A DNA stretch of 64,000 bases, taken from NCBI GenBank assembly GCA_905178155.1, contig CAJINV010000001.1:14315984-14379983 (forward strand), in the 5' to 3' direction. The notes beneath the pieces are model-generated. The model did not search any database. It was given only the letters and a program-made list of their open reading frames with translations, and was not told the DNA's origin. The stretch's first letter is position 1, and each line of letters starts with the position of its first letter. Of this stretch, positions 34,139 to 47,300 are shown piece after piece. The position numbers were made by a program, and so were the translations under genes. The stretch comes from Amoebophrya sp. A120. Taxonomy: Eukaryota; Protista; Dinoflagellata.

Positions 34139-36129
34139 TCACGATTTCTTTTGTCGTTTGCTGTTCCTGCCGCATTGTCCACCACCGGAGGAGTTCGTGC
34201 CCTCGGCCTCCTGCCCACCCTGGAGCTTCGTCAGTGTCTCCCAAAAGGCCGCTTGCGCGGCATGGTGAGCAGCCATTTCCGCCGCAGAAATCGGAACCGC
34301 CGGGACGCCATAGCCATAGCCACCACCGTATTGCTGCTGCATCATCATCATCGACATGGGGTCAGCACTGTTCATCATGGGAGTTATCCAGAGGTAGAGA
34401 AACGATCCTCGAGTGATTTGCATACTGCCGCTTGTCATCTCGTGAAACATCAAACAGAAGCACAACATTTTTATCAACCACATCACAAGTAACATGCACA
34501 TTGTTCATTAGATATGCCATTGTCTATCTTCTACTAGCTGTGACAGCCTGCAGCCTTGTCATGCACCAGTCAACTCTTTTTTCCTCCCAATACAGAGAGG
34601 CGCTTCCCTCTATGAAAGGAAAAGAGGCACAGCTTTTTCTTGCTTGACCACCCGAGGGCCAGTTTGCACTGTGTAGCTACAGAGCTGCTGCTGGCCGCCG
34701 CTCCGTATGGGTTGACTTGCTGGACCATGTCAAACGTGGACGAGGGCGCTCCAAAACGCGGGTTGTTGTAGACTGCTCTATTGTCGATGTGGTAGTTCTT
34801 GCCACCACTCGAAGATGACGAAGATGCTTGTTGTGTTTCCGCTTTGTTTCGCCTTTTGGCCGTAGGGTCGCCAACATCAGGAAGCGCATCGCTCCTCTTC
34901 TGCTGCTCCACCGTTTTGTCATTGGAAATCGAGTAGTTGTTCAGCTTTGTTTTCGTATTTATCAGCTCCAGAGGCGGTGGCGCAGGAACGGCTGATCGCC
35001 GCATCAGAGTGGAGGTAAAATCGCCGGCGTCTAGCTCCGCAGCTGCAGCACCCTCTTCGTAATCCTTATTGTTCTCATCTATTCTTGGACCAAACACGCT
35101 CTTCCTCGCTCTTTTGCGCCGGTCCAGTTCGGCGGAGGATTCGCTTGCAGACGAAGACGGCATGTTGACCCCGGCCCTGCGGTCTTGGGTCGTAGAAGTT
35201 GCGCGGGTGCTGGCGTCTTTTGCTGGAGATAGGTTTTTCGCTGTTCTGGAAAGAACAGGAGCTGCAGAGGGAGCGCTCTCCTCTGCTAGTGGAGGAGGCG
35301 GAGGAGGAGGGGGCGGTGGTGCACCACGGAAACGCGATGCAGACTGTTGCCGCTTCTTCGTCTTGGCTATGGCTCCTGCGATTTTTCCGATGAGCACTTC
35401 CGGCCGCTCATCGCGACGCGCGATTTTAGGATCAGCTTCAACAGTCGTGGCCGCGGTTGCTCTTGCTTTTTCGTCCGCAGGTGGGAGGCGATGGTCTTGA
35501 CGATCTCTGCTTCGACTTCTAACATCCCGCGCTGGCCGCGCCCTGCTTTTGCTGACTCGCTTCCTTGTGCTCTTGCCACGTGCTGCGGTGTCTCGTTTGG
35601 TTGAGGAGGGCCTGTTCGCTTTGGCAGGCTCGCGCCGGTCGTCAACGCGACGAGCTCGCGACTCTTTATCTTTACTACGGTGGCGCTCCTGTGGTCTTCT
35701 CGAACGACTTCGATCGCGCCCACGACCAACATCTCGCTTCACGCTTCGCCCACGTATCTTGCTGGGACTCCGTCTGCGGTCCCGGTCTCGTTTCGGCCGG
35801 CTCTGGCTTCTTGCCCTAATTCGCGAGCGCGACCTCGACCTCGATCCGCGAGCGTCCTCTCTGGTCCGAGTGCCGCGCCTGCCTGCCGCGGCGCGATGGC
35901 GACTCTCTCTACGCGGCGAGTGCGCACCTTTCTCGGCGAATGGCGCAGGCTTTCGTCTCCCGTCCGGCGCTACCGGCTTGATTTCTCCTCGCGCAATAGC
36001 CGCGAGTTTTTCCGCCGCTACTTCAAATCTGTGACGGATGAACCAAGCCAGGTTGGAGGGCGGCGGCTTCTGATCCGCTGGGAGATCGTCCCGCTTGTCT
36101 AAAAGCTCTGGATTACCACTTCCCGTCGT
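34139..36129 (-). CDS. Arg/Ser-rich exon (about 34670-36129) plus a probable short terminal exon; likely the C-terminus of the topoisomerase-like gene
   Basis: The frame is open from TTGCATAG|ACG at 36129 through RSRSRS/RDRSRSRR repeats and a poly-Pro run. This phase-0 acceptor matches the phase-0 donor AAA|GTATCC at 36495. Confidence 0.6.
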
Positions 36130-36414
36130 CTATGCAATACAACAAGACCTCCATCGTGCCCGGTAACTAGAGCAGTTTGGCCAACACCGTTTTGCAGTGC
36201 AAGAGGTATTAAGGTTCTTGTCCTAGAAGTACCAAACTGTGGTGGGCCCAAGAAACCGAGATAGAAGGTGGCAACGCTATCGATCATGTGTCACACTATC
36301 TGCGGTTGATTGTAGATAATTTACAAACGGATGCGACTTGGACTTGCAACACACGAAGAAAAACAAATACTAGGACGAGAGCGTCAGAGTTTATTTGGCA
36401 ATATTCATGTTACG

Positions 36415-39400
36415 TCAGCCCCTGCTACGAGTGTGCAAATAGAGACACGCAGCAGCAGTAGCTGGACACGACAGAGACATTGTTGCAGTGGATACTTTTA
36501 GCACGTTTTCTAGCGTTGCCGCTCCCGTTGCGACTCTCCGCGCAGTGTCCTCAACGAAAGTGGTGAAACTCGCATTTGTGATGAAGATGGGCGCCGCGTC
36601 GCTTTCCAGAGCTTCTATGACGGAGTAGAGTTCGCGGCCAAGGAGTGTGGGGCCTAGTCTTCGCGGCTCCAGAAGATGAGGGGCGGCAATACTCGACGCG
36701 GCAGCTCTAGATCTCTTCGCAGTCTGCGTCGCTACTGGTTCTAATATTCCGCACGAAACCATGTTTGCGACAGCCCCGGCGACGGTTATCGGAAGTAGGT
36801 CTCTCTTGTCGCTTTCCAGGGCAGCCGGGGTCCGTGCTACCTCCCGCGGGCTCCCGTCTTCTCCCTGGGCGTCTGGCCCCGGTGCGTTTTGATCTGCGTC
36901 ATCTGTGTCGTTGTCTACTGCTGGAACTGCCTTCTCTACAAAGTGGGCCAGCAAGTCCGCGTCAGTTGGAAAAGACGCTACAGGTTCGACAAAGCGAATG
37001 GAGCAGCTACGGAGGCTTTTCGCCCGGGAAAAATGAGAATCGGGCGCGCTGAACAAAAATTCGCGCATATCGGTCGTCGTCGCGTATGCGGATTCGACAT
37101 CTAGCTGTTGCTCGCGCGGCAGCTGCCGAATTGCAGAGATAGAAGATATCAGGCCGGGGCATTGCTCTTCCACGTATTCCGGCACTAGTTTTGCCAGATC
37201 GTAGGCATCCTTCTGGACGACGCACTGAATTCCGTGCCAAACAGCGAGGCGCGCACTGCGTTCGCGGTCTCGTTCGTGCCTCCGGTTGTCCTTGAAAACG
37301 CCAGGAGTCTCAGCCTGCATCCGCTCGCGCCGGTATTTTATTTCAACCGAGCCTCCGCGTCCGCTCGTCGGCGTCAGCGTGCTCGCGGTGTGGTAGCGCT
37401 CCACTATGTCGAGAATAGCGCCACTATCCACAAGAAGCGAGTCGCTTTAATCTCCACGCAGAGCAAAGGTTGCTGCAATTGATGCAACTCAGTGATACTG
37501 TAACTATTACCCACTGCTGCATATCGTTACCATTCATCATCAATACTAGTTCATTGACATCTCGGTCTCCATTGTCATCTAAGCTGTACCAGCTGACGCG
37601 ACAGAGATGCTCCAAATGAAAAAGAAATAGAAAATGAAGCTTGCCGCGCAGCATGCATAAACAAGATAAACGCCTCGGAAGAGCGTGGGCGATTGAAGAC
37701 GTGGGAAGTGGGCGACTGGTGAAGACGTGGGAAATACCAAATATAGCCGCCGGGGCGGGGGTAGTGAGGTCGTGGGCGTTTTTTTGCCGACCGCCGCCTT
37801 GGCCGCGCCTTTGTTTTTTCTGGGCTCGCCATACCGCCGTGAGTAACGTTATGCCGCACGGTATGGCGGCCACTTGGGAAACATCACAAATTTTGGCACA
37901 TTTCCCAAATTCCTTCCCGAAAGCCAGCCCCGATGCTATGGGGCCGATCCGGGTGCCACGGGGGGCGCCCAAAAAGCGAAGAAAAACCGGGCCCATAGCA
38001 TGCGGATTGGCTTTGCGCGTCTGGGGCGTTTTTTATTTTTCGCGTTTTTATTTTTCACGCCGGCGCTTTTTGCAAAGCTTCCCAGGCTCTAAAACCGGCG
38101 AAAAGGCGGCCGCTTTCGCGGCCGCCCAAGATGCTCCGAAATCGCGGCCGTGCCATGCTGTTTCGCTGTTCTGATTTTGGGCGCGTTTTTTGCGCGCCCC
38201 TTTTTGGGCGCCCCAAATCGCCAGAAACCAAGGCGGCGGGCGCCTCGGAACGGCGCCCCTTTTGCCGGCTTCCCTGCGTCGTTTTATCCAGTGCGAGTCG
38301 ATAGTTTTCGACCGGGCTTGTTTGACTTCAAAGCCCCGGAGGCTTGATAATTGAAAATCTTTTATGTCAAAAAACGCTTCCGGCCGCTTGAAAACTGCCG
38401 GTCGTTTTTCACGGTAGGTGGCAAAAAAACTCCCCGGCTAGAACCGTTCGGTGACCTCACTACATACAATTTAGCACAAGCTTCTTCTTCTACGTGGGAA
38501 ATACAAAACAGCACCCCAGCATGGAGGAGGAACAGCGACAAGCTTCAAAGGGGTAGCGATCGTCTTCGTTCTCCAGCTGCTGCTTTGTGTTCTGGTAGGT
38601 TTCGATCCGAAACTGGAATTCCTGATTGCCGGTCGTCAGCAAAGCGATCGGCGCCGTCGGGTTGATTGCTGAGAGGCCGCCAGCTCCCGCAGTCTCCAGT
38701 GGGAAAGACACAAGCCCGCATCGGAAGAGCCGCCGCGCGGCGTCGAGCGTCCTCGCCGGGGTGATTCCGTGCCATGCCGCTATCTTCAGCAGTTCCGTCG
38801 GCTTTAAGGGCGGTGGCTGCGGCAGTTCCATTTGCGAGCTCGACACCTTCCACACGCTGCCAACTCCTGAGACGCGCTTCGGAGGTGCCCCCTCGTCCTG
38901 CGAACGGCGATCCAGCAACCCAGGCTGGTCAGTTGTTACGGTCGCGGCGTTGCATTTGAACACGACACCCGGAAATTCCTCTGATTGCAACTCGAAGATG
39001 GCACCATTGCTGTCCGTGTCGATTTGTTCTGGCGGCTGACAGGTTTTTTTCAGTGCCGTCAGCTCCGGAAAACCCATCTCGTGGGCGACGGCCACTAACT
39101 GCTCCTTCTGCTTAAACACGTAGCTACGGTTTTCTCCCGCGACGAAATGCTGGGCGAGGTTGCCAAACGCTTCGCGGGCGAGCAGCTGCACGGCCGAACG
39201 GACCACACACGCGTCGCCCCGCGCCTGAAGGTCGGCAATTGGTTTCGCCGTTCGGAACGCATGTCGGGCCAGTTGTTCTGCTCCCCCAATGGCCCGGCTT
39301 GTCGCACGCAGGCACTCGGTCTGCCCTCCGGGACGAAGGCTGCTGCTCCTGTTGCATTCGCACAGCTGCTTGCATAGCTCAACAGCGATTCCGTCACCCA

Positions 39401-41004
39401 CAAGATCTGGGTCCATCCAGAAGACGGCGGTAGCGTGGTCAGCAAAAAGCTCGCGCACCTCTTGGAGGCACTGTTCTACCCGGCCATCCCATCCCCGTCT
39501 GGGACGCCCCAGCACCGTGCCGCTGCTAAAACTGCGGATCGCGGCATGGAGCTCTGCCTGCTTTGTGATTTCGTCTTTTCGTTCATGAACCCAAAAGCCG
39601 TTTCGTCAGTTGTTCCGGGCTCAGCAAGAAATGAAATGTCTGTCTTGATAAGCACAAAGTGAGAGATAAAGATGCAACATGAGCATGCTTTTTTACACCT
39701 GTACATTCACCAAAATGCGGAAAATGAAAGTCGCCCGAATCGCGGCCATGGAGCCACGACCTAATGGTGCTACATTCTCACTCATCTTGTTCATGCGGCA
39801 TCGAAATCGAAAATAATAAGGACTAGAACTACAACTACTTCTACTACACTCCACACAATTGCAGCCCTGGGCCTTGCGTTCGCTGCGTTTCGTGCTGTTT
39901 GTCTCTTCTTGCTGAGCCTGGTGGACCTGACGCAGGATGATCTTCCTTCCATTCATACCGCGTCTGTGTGTCGAATATGGACCGGATGCCTTCGAGAGAC
40001 GAGGATCCTTCTGCAGCGGGGGTGCTTGCGGAGCAGCCTGTTGCACCGCCACCGTTCTTCACGTCCCGCGTTTCCTGCTGAGCAACTCCGCGGCGAAATT
40101 CGCTGTCCTTGGAGGGCGCTACAAGGGTGATCCGCGTCGGCTTCGAACCGCGGAAGATGCCCTCAACTCTTGCCGCGTAGCAGGTGGTCCCAAGATCGGG
40201 ATTGGGTTCCGACACAGCAACTCGATAGCCTTTGCGCTTCGCCTCCAAAATGGCGGTCGCTTCGGCCATAGTTCTTTCGTCCTTCCGGTTTACGCCGGTG
40301 TCAAGAGTTCGGAAGTCCAGCGCCCGGGCAAGCACACGGAGCACTTCGCCAGACTCGCAAACCACCAGAACGCCACTGCCGCTGCTCGGGGCGGAACCGT
40401 CGGAGGTTTCTTTCGCTGGAGGTGGCGGCAGGGGGTTTGCCTCCGCAAGCTCTGCGAGCATTATCTGCTCCACGTCCGCGGGTGTTGGCCCAGTGATTTT
40501 TCCTGTAGAAGCTCCCCGAACATCTTCCGGTCTTTCTCTGAAAAGCTGCTTTCTTGACCACCCAGACCGGTCCTGCGGCGGGAACTCAGCCCAAGCACAT
40601 GAAGGATTTCCTTCGACAAGCTCCCCACTCGACTCCAGGAGGTCTCGAGCGGCAAACCAGCCGCGTGCTAGTTGGTATCCGTTGACACTCTCGCGCCAGA
40701 TTTTTGCCTTCCCCACTCCTGCGCTTGCGCAATCTTCGAAGAGCGCCACAAACGCCGCGCTGCGCTCTTCCTTGTCAATGTCCACGTCTTGCGGCATGCC
40801 GCTCGACACATCCAGGGCAAATGTCGCGACGTCGAGATCATCGCTGGGCGTTTCAGTGTGCGCGACCGTCTCCGACTCCTTCTCCCGGCCGGCTTGCCTC
40901 TCGCGGGCAGCTGCGGTGGCCTTCCGTTTCTCCTCCTTGTTCAGCAAAATTCTGCGCTTTTGCTCTTCCCTGTCGAGTATCAACAGCAAATGTGTCTGGG
41001 TCAT
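36415..41004 (-). CDS. Highly diverged type IA topoisomerase (Topo III-like), multi-exon, catalytic Tyr replaced by Phe
   Basis: Motifs occur in the expected order: TOPRIM LVVCESGEVLRVLARAL and FWMDPDLVGDGIA; PPPLKPTELL...GITPARTLDAARRLFRCGLVSFPLET; AINPT; MVSCGILEPVAT; PTLLGRELY; FTTFVEDTARRVATG. Internal splice junctions are not fully resolved. Confidence 0.75.
37742..38466. mobile_element. Degenerate fold-back element inside an intron of the topoisomerase-like gene
   Basis: TAT start and ATA end. Inverted pairs GTAGTGAGGTC (37761) / GACCTCACTAC (38453), TTTTTTGCC / GGCAAAAAA, and GGGGCGCCCAAAAA (about 37962) / TTTTTGGGCGCCCC (about 38201). Composition resembles E8. No clean TSD. Confidence 0.5.
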
Positions 41005-41293
41005 CTGGAACTTGCTGCAACCCGCAGTGCTGACATTCCTGTAGTTCTACCACGGCTGCAAAAAAGTATGTCACTGTCAAGCATGTTGCGATACATCCAA
41101 CGGCAAATACGTCAATTCGTTTTGGCCATGATCGTCATGCAAAAAAATCATGAGCTTGGAAATCAATGACAAGACTACAGGGTTTGCTTTTACCGCCCAA
41201 GAATAGTTATTGCAAAAGTTGCCACGCGTCAGAGCAGCTCTCAACTAGTTGGAGTCTGCTCGTGGTCATTCACACAGTGTCTGCGCGCCGAGT

Positions 41294-42511
41294 TTATTCT
41301 TTCCAGATGAACCAAACAGATTTGCAACCCATATCGCGATCAACAGCCGAAAGCGCGCCGTGGGCAGCTTGAGCTTGTCCTGCCCGGTCCTGGTCCTTTT
41401 TGTCGCCCTGCTGTGCGGCACCGGCGCCGGCTTGTCCTTGTCGGGAGTGTGTATTTGTGGCTGCAGATGAAGAAGCAGAAGAAACCAGACCCTGGCGCTG
41501 CGCTAGGAGTGTGCTAGCTCCTGCAGGAACCGCAGCCCGGAGCGACGAGGATGCTGCTGCGCTGGTAACCGCGCGACTGCTGCTTGAGCTGCTGGCGCCG
41601 GCTTTCACAGTTGTGCTGAGCAGCCTGGCGTTGCTGCTTGCGAGCACCTTCGGCTTTGCGTGCAGCTGAATACCGCTGTCGCGGTCCAGTCCGTCCTCCT
41701 GTGCGCCCATTCTTCCTGGCACCGGCTTGCGCGAGTCGGCGACCGTCGTAACCACGCTTCCCGAAGCATCATGCCCCCGTCGCGGGATGCCTCCAGGCAC
41801 ACTCTGAAGAGCGCCACCTGACATGATTTTGGTCAATTATTGATGTCCATTTTCTCTCAAATCAAAACATTCGTCGCCCTTTATTTGCCTTTTGATACTT
41901 TATTCGCATTTTTCCGTTGGGCATAGCCAAGAATGATGTTGACACTCGGACTCGACTCGTTATCGGTAGTCCTAGTTCAAATGAAAATAAAAGTGTCGCT
42001 GAAGCAAAAAAGTTCTTGTGGTGCGTGCGTGCTAGTAGTTGACTCGTCTAAGTGGAAGGAAGCTGAAGAACTGGAGCAGTCGAAAAAAAAACGATGTGAG
42101 AATCCCTCTCACGACGCCCCCCGCCAAAGGAAGCAGGGCCTCGCTTTTCATACCAGCTGTAGTGGACTGCGTATGCGATGGCACTCCGGGTCTTGTCTTG
42201 AACGTGGGCGCATTCTTCGAGGCCGCCCCTCCTGCTGCTTTCGACGCTGTACCAGTAGAGGGCGGCTGCCCTTGCTTCGCTTTCGAGACGGCCTGCGACG
42301 AAATTTCAGCCCTCGGAATTGGTAAATTGTCGTAGAGCCCTCCCATGTCGTCCTGGCTTTTCGATATCAGTTCAAGGGATTTCTCCACAGTCGGTTCTTC
42401 ATGTCCGCGCGCAGCTCCTTGTTTGCTGGTTTGTTCGAATTGTGGAAGCGCGGTTTTCCGGGTGAGCAAGGTTGTGCTTTCTGCTAACGTTGGCCCGGGC
42501 TCTGACTCCAC
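41294..42511 (-). CDS. Two low-complexity ORFs, probable 5' exons of the topoisomerase-like gene
   Basis: ORFs 42032-42511 and 41294-41836 are on the same strand and separated by AT-rich intron-like gaps. Confidence 0.4.
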
Positions 42512-44397
42512 GCTCTAGCGCTGCTTCAACAAAAATACTTGTGGCTAAGTGGCTTTGCACTTACGCCTCCTCAACATATGGCATTATAGAGAAAGATCAC
42601 ATCAAACAAGAAAAAACTCAAAAACATAGAGGCCTACATAAGATTTCGAAACTTATCTACTTCGTCTGTTCTTGTCGCTCCTTTCTGTTGCTTCTGCTCA
42701 TCATAGTCGTCGCTGTGGGATTTTGGTTTTCGTAAGTAGTCGGTGTCTCTGAAGGGTAGCGGTCGTGTGCACAAAAAACACATACCAATATCATACGCGA
42801 TGTAGTTGCCGTCTGGTAGTTCACTACATTGGACAACGCTACCTACTAAAGCTATTCAGACAAAGGATGAACAGAGTCGAAGGCAACAAGGAGTAGGAGA
42901 GCCATAGCTTTACGAATCCCAATCGGGATCGTTCAAACCAGTAAAGACAGCGAGATCCTGATCCGCGGTAATAAAGTGAGGACATTCATCTCGCGATGAT
43001 CGGCAAGCAACCTACGCCGCGAGAAAAAAACACAAGCAACTCATTTCGGATCCAATGAATGAAAATGTAGCCTTTCAGATTCGCTATGCCTAAGGCTAAG
43101 CAAAGAAGCGAAGAATTTCTGCTGTGCTCGTCTTAGTTGTCATGTTGTTGCACTAGCTTTTATTTGCGGCGAACAACGAAGCCAGTGACAACTATGGTCC
43201 GCGCACATATGCTCAGGCCGACCGTGTCGAGCGCTCCAGTGCCTCGGCCTGCTGTTCAATTCTAGCGTAACCGCATTCGAAAATAACCGGTTACTTTCTG
43301 TAATGTAGCATGAAGGTCCTTGGTCGCAAGCAATGTTGTTCAAGGGCAACCAGATTGCTGACTCTGCGCGGTTTCCTCGTTGAAAGACTCCCTGCAAAAT
43401 GGAAATTGAGGACAAGGATGCGCTGACTCTTCACGATCAACTCAAAACAACTAGTGTAGTAGTGTAAGCATTTCGACAAACGGATCAGGATCTTGAGGCA
43501 GCACAGTACATATCATATCAAGTTTAAGTAATAATTGTCTGTGACTGTGTCATAGTCACACTTAGAGCTGGCGCGTGGTGGATTGTACAACAGGTATCTA
43601 TGAGCTCAAAAATCGCGCTTCCCATGCAACAATCGATTTCGAGCCGGGCGGAAAGATATTAACATCAGGAAACATGGACCAAAAGCAAACCATTTGCCTC
43701 TTTCGACGACCTGGTGGCCGGATATAGATGACTAGTATTTTTAAACTTTCCTTTATTTATCTACGCATACCACAACGAGCTCGGTATAATATAAACAAAT
43801 TCAAATTTCCAAAATGCAGCAGTGCTCCGAAGTAGATGTAGACTCCATCAAAAAAAGTCAAGTAACGTTCGCGATGCATTTTCATTGTATTCTCAAAAAT
43901 AATCTCAGGCAGAAAAAGATATACTTCGTGATGAAATGAAAAAGAGATATGCGGGGACGAGGACCAAACAAGAAGCCAGGAAATACTTAAGGTTAAGCAT
44001 CTCTGACCGTCCTCCTCGTCCTCCATTCGTTTCTTTTACAAGTTGCCTCTACACAAAAACGGAAAGTTGCATGTAGGAGGTTCATCAAACGCGACTTACG
44101 AAGTGAGTACTAGACATGCGATTCTGATGTGACTACAACTACATAGCATCCTAACAAAACGTCGTCCGTGGAGGCCCCAGCACCCCCGCCATGTGAAACG
44201 TAAAAACAAAAACTAGAGCACGCACTCCGGCAAACAAATTGAGAATTGCGCGCACCAACAGCTGTGACGAAGAGGCGACGACAGTATTCTGAAGATGCTA
44301 ATAATTTGCATCAGTGCGCAAATAACACAAACAACAGCAGTACACATGCACATTCAAAAACTCGTCATCAACTTCGTGATAGTTCGTTCGATGCCGA

Positions 44398-47300
44398 TCA
44401 ATCTTTACGGGGCAGCATCCAAAATCCGACGTCAGCGCCGCGCAACACCACAAGACACAGAGCATGCCAGTATTTCTCTACCTGGAACGACGGACCGGCA
44501 CTGTCTATTAGTCGAGGCAGAATGACAAGGATCGTTTCGCAGACTCGGTGCTCTTGTTCCGACAAAGCCCGGGGAGGCATGGGCAATCCCTTTACTCGCT
44601 GCCCGCCGCTCTTACGAATCGCTTGCATCTGCAAATCCAGTGCTTGTCTGAAAGATTCTGCAGACGCTGACTTGAGTTGGCCGTTGGGCAAGACGGTAGG
44701 CTCGTGCTGCGAAGAAGAAGTCTGAGTCGAAAAGACGGACCCGCTGCTGGGCACTGGCAAGCTGGGCGAGTGAGACATGGTAGACGTTCCGTAGGTCAGA
44801 ACTGTTGGGTACCGCCGGGGGTCCACCAGTTCCTTCGGTACGAGGAAGCAACGCAGCCTCTCGAAGCCGAGGCAGCGACAGGCGGTGAAATGTGCAACAG
44901 AAACCAAGTTCGGGACTCGCCCCCGGTGCTCATCCAGTAAAACAATGGCAGCAGGATGGAACAGGTCCTTGTCGATGTTAAGACGGAATTCGGCTGGTCC
45001 CGTTCCCTCCAAGAGCACAAACTTCCGGAAATCTGACCCAAAACGCGCTGCGCGCTGCGCCTGACTCTCAAACGGCGCTTCCGGTCGGAGCTGCGAAAGA
45101 GTGGCGGTAAAATCGTTTTCCGTGTCAAGAACTTGTGGTTGTTCGTGGGACCACGCGGCATCATTACTGTTGTCGCCAGCATCAGCAGGTCTTTGCTCGC
45201 CTTCCGCTACGCCGGCATCGTGTTTCATCGATTGGTCTGCGCCACTTGTATCTACTGGCAGCGGTTCGAGAAAGTATTCTCCAGCGGGACAGAAAACGCG
45301 CTCCATTACCATTTCGTAGTCAATGGAGCGGGTTTTTTCTTCAGAGTCTGATGATAATGCAGCTTTTTGTTGTGCCTTGCTGATCTCATTTTCGCCACTC
45401 CCACTCGTATTTGCAGCATAGCTTTCCCTCGTCTCCTTCGTTGCACCAGTTCCTGCTTTTGAAGGTGAAGGCGACGCGGGCGGTTGAGCGCCGCACTGAT
45501 CAGCACCCGACAAGACATCGGGATCTATCTGGCGCACGTAAGGAGTGACAATGCGCCTGGGTAGTTTTTGTTGTCGGTGAGCTCGGCTCTGTGCCGGATC
45601 GTGTGGGTGTGTCGCCCTCGTCGTCGTCGCAGAGGAAGCGAACGACTTAGGATCGCTGATTTTCTCCGGCGATGCTGGGGTAGTTTGATCGCCGAGTGCT
45701 GAACTACTTTTTTCTTCGCGTTTCTTGCTCGAAGGACGAAGAGCCTCACCTCCGGTGGAGGGGGAGGCACCATTTTCCCTTATAGCCTGCTCGGGCGTGG
45801 TCCTGCCAAAAGCGCGGGGTACCGCAGCAAAGAGCGAGGCAAAAGCTCCCCCTGTTGCTGATGGAGCTTCTAGCTCACTTGACGGACTTGAGGGCTGTAG
45901 CTGCCCCAGCGGTCGTTCCAACATAGACGCAGAGGCAGGAGTGGGAGGTGTCGGAACGACAACAGGCAGCATCTCTGACATCGTGCTTCCAAGCGGCGAA
46001 GAATGCGCTGACAGAAAGGGAGATACGGACACACGGGCTGGCGCAGGAGACATGAAGGGCTGCGAGGGCGATCCTTCGTAGGACAGAGCGGGAGCAGCTT
46101 TAGGTGCGCTTTCGCCTTCGCCACCTCCGCCCCTTGTCCCCAATAAATCTTCTACCTGCGGACTGGTTCCAACAACATTAGTTGCACTAGTCGTGACGTC
46201 CTGCATGTCGTGCGCCGGTCGAGAGAATGGGGCTTCTGCGGTGAATGCGGTCCTGTTTTGGAACCGAGGGCGGCGTGTCTTGTGAAGCCAATCCCAGGTG
46301 GGCGGATCGGACGTCGTCGCGCAACAATAAGTTGACGCATTTTTAGAAGAGGCCGCGTCTTGGGTGGTCGTGTCTGTTGTCATCATCGGCGCCATCACCC
46401 CGATATCGGTAGAGGTCCTCTGATTACCAGGCGAAGCCGCAGGATTGGCTGGTGCCTCTGACGAGTTGGTACCGAGTCCGTTCCATGTCCTGCTTTCCCT
46501 TTCGCCAAGAGGAGGCGAACAAGTGCTGCAAGCAACCACGGTTGAATTCTTCATGGGCGGCTCGAGCTGCGATTCGTCCGCGTCAGCAACATCGAGTTGT
46601 CCGTGATTCGCACTCCTTGTACTTTTCGCGGCGTGCGCCACAAGTGCTTTGATAACTTCTGTTGCAAGCACGCGATCTTCGATTGCTTTTCTTGCTTGCA
46701 TCTGCGACTGCACGCGCTCAGTGCCTGCAAGGGCATCCTCAAGATCTTCTTCGTCGATGAGGCTGTGATCATCGCGAAGCTCCTTTGCCGTCTGCTCTGG
46801 GCTGCAGCGCGTGCTCACATCGCTATGCGGACACATACCCTGGAAGTCAGGCGACCCGTGGCTGCTAGGGGGTTCCGACCAGGTACCGAGTGGCGAGTGG
46901 CCGCGCGAAATCGAATTCGCAGAGATGTTCCCCGCGCCTGTCGGAGGGGCACCAGCAAGCGCATTATATGCAGATGCAGGAGCGGTGGCAAGAGTTCTCG
47001 GTGCGGAATCCGCGGGGTCGAAGTTCCCACACGTCCCGGCGCTCCTTGTCGTCGCCGAGGAACCACCTGCACCCTCCTGAGGCGCGCAGATTCGCAGGTT
47101 CTCCATGCCGTCCTCCAGCAATCGCAAGCCTCCCTCACGTCCGCACGACATAGCTGCAGGGGCAGTTCCCGGCTGCCGCAGCAGCTCTTCGGGGGGTCCA
47201 CCGCTAGCGGAGTTGTAATCCTCCGCTAGCGGAGTTGTTCCAACAGCCCGTGGTCCTTCGTCGTCTGATGCAGCATCAAGACGCAACTGCGCAACTTGGA

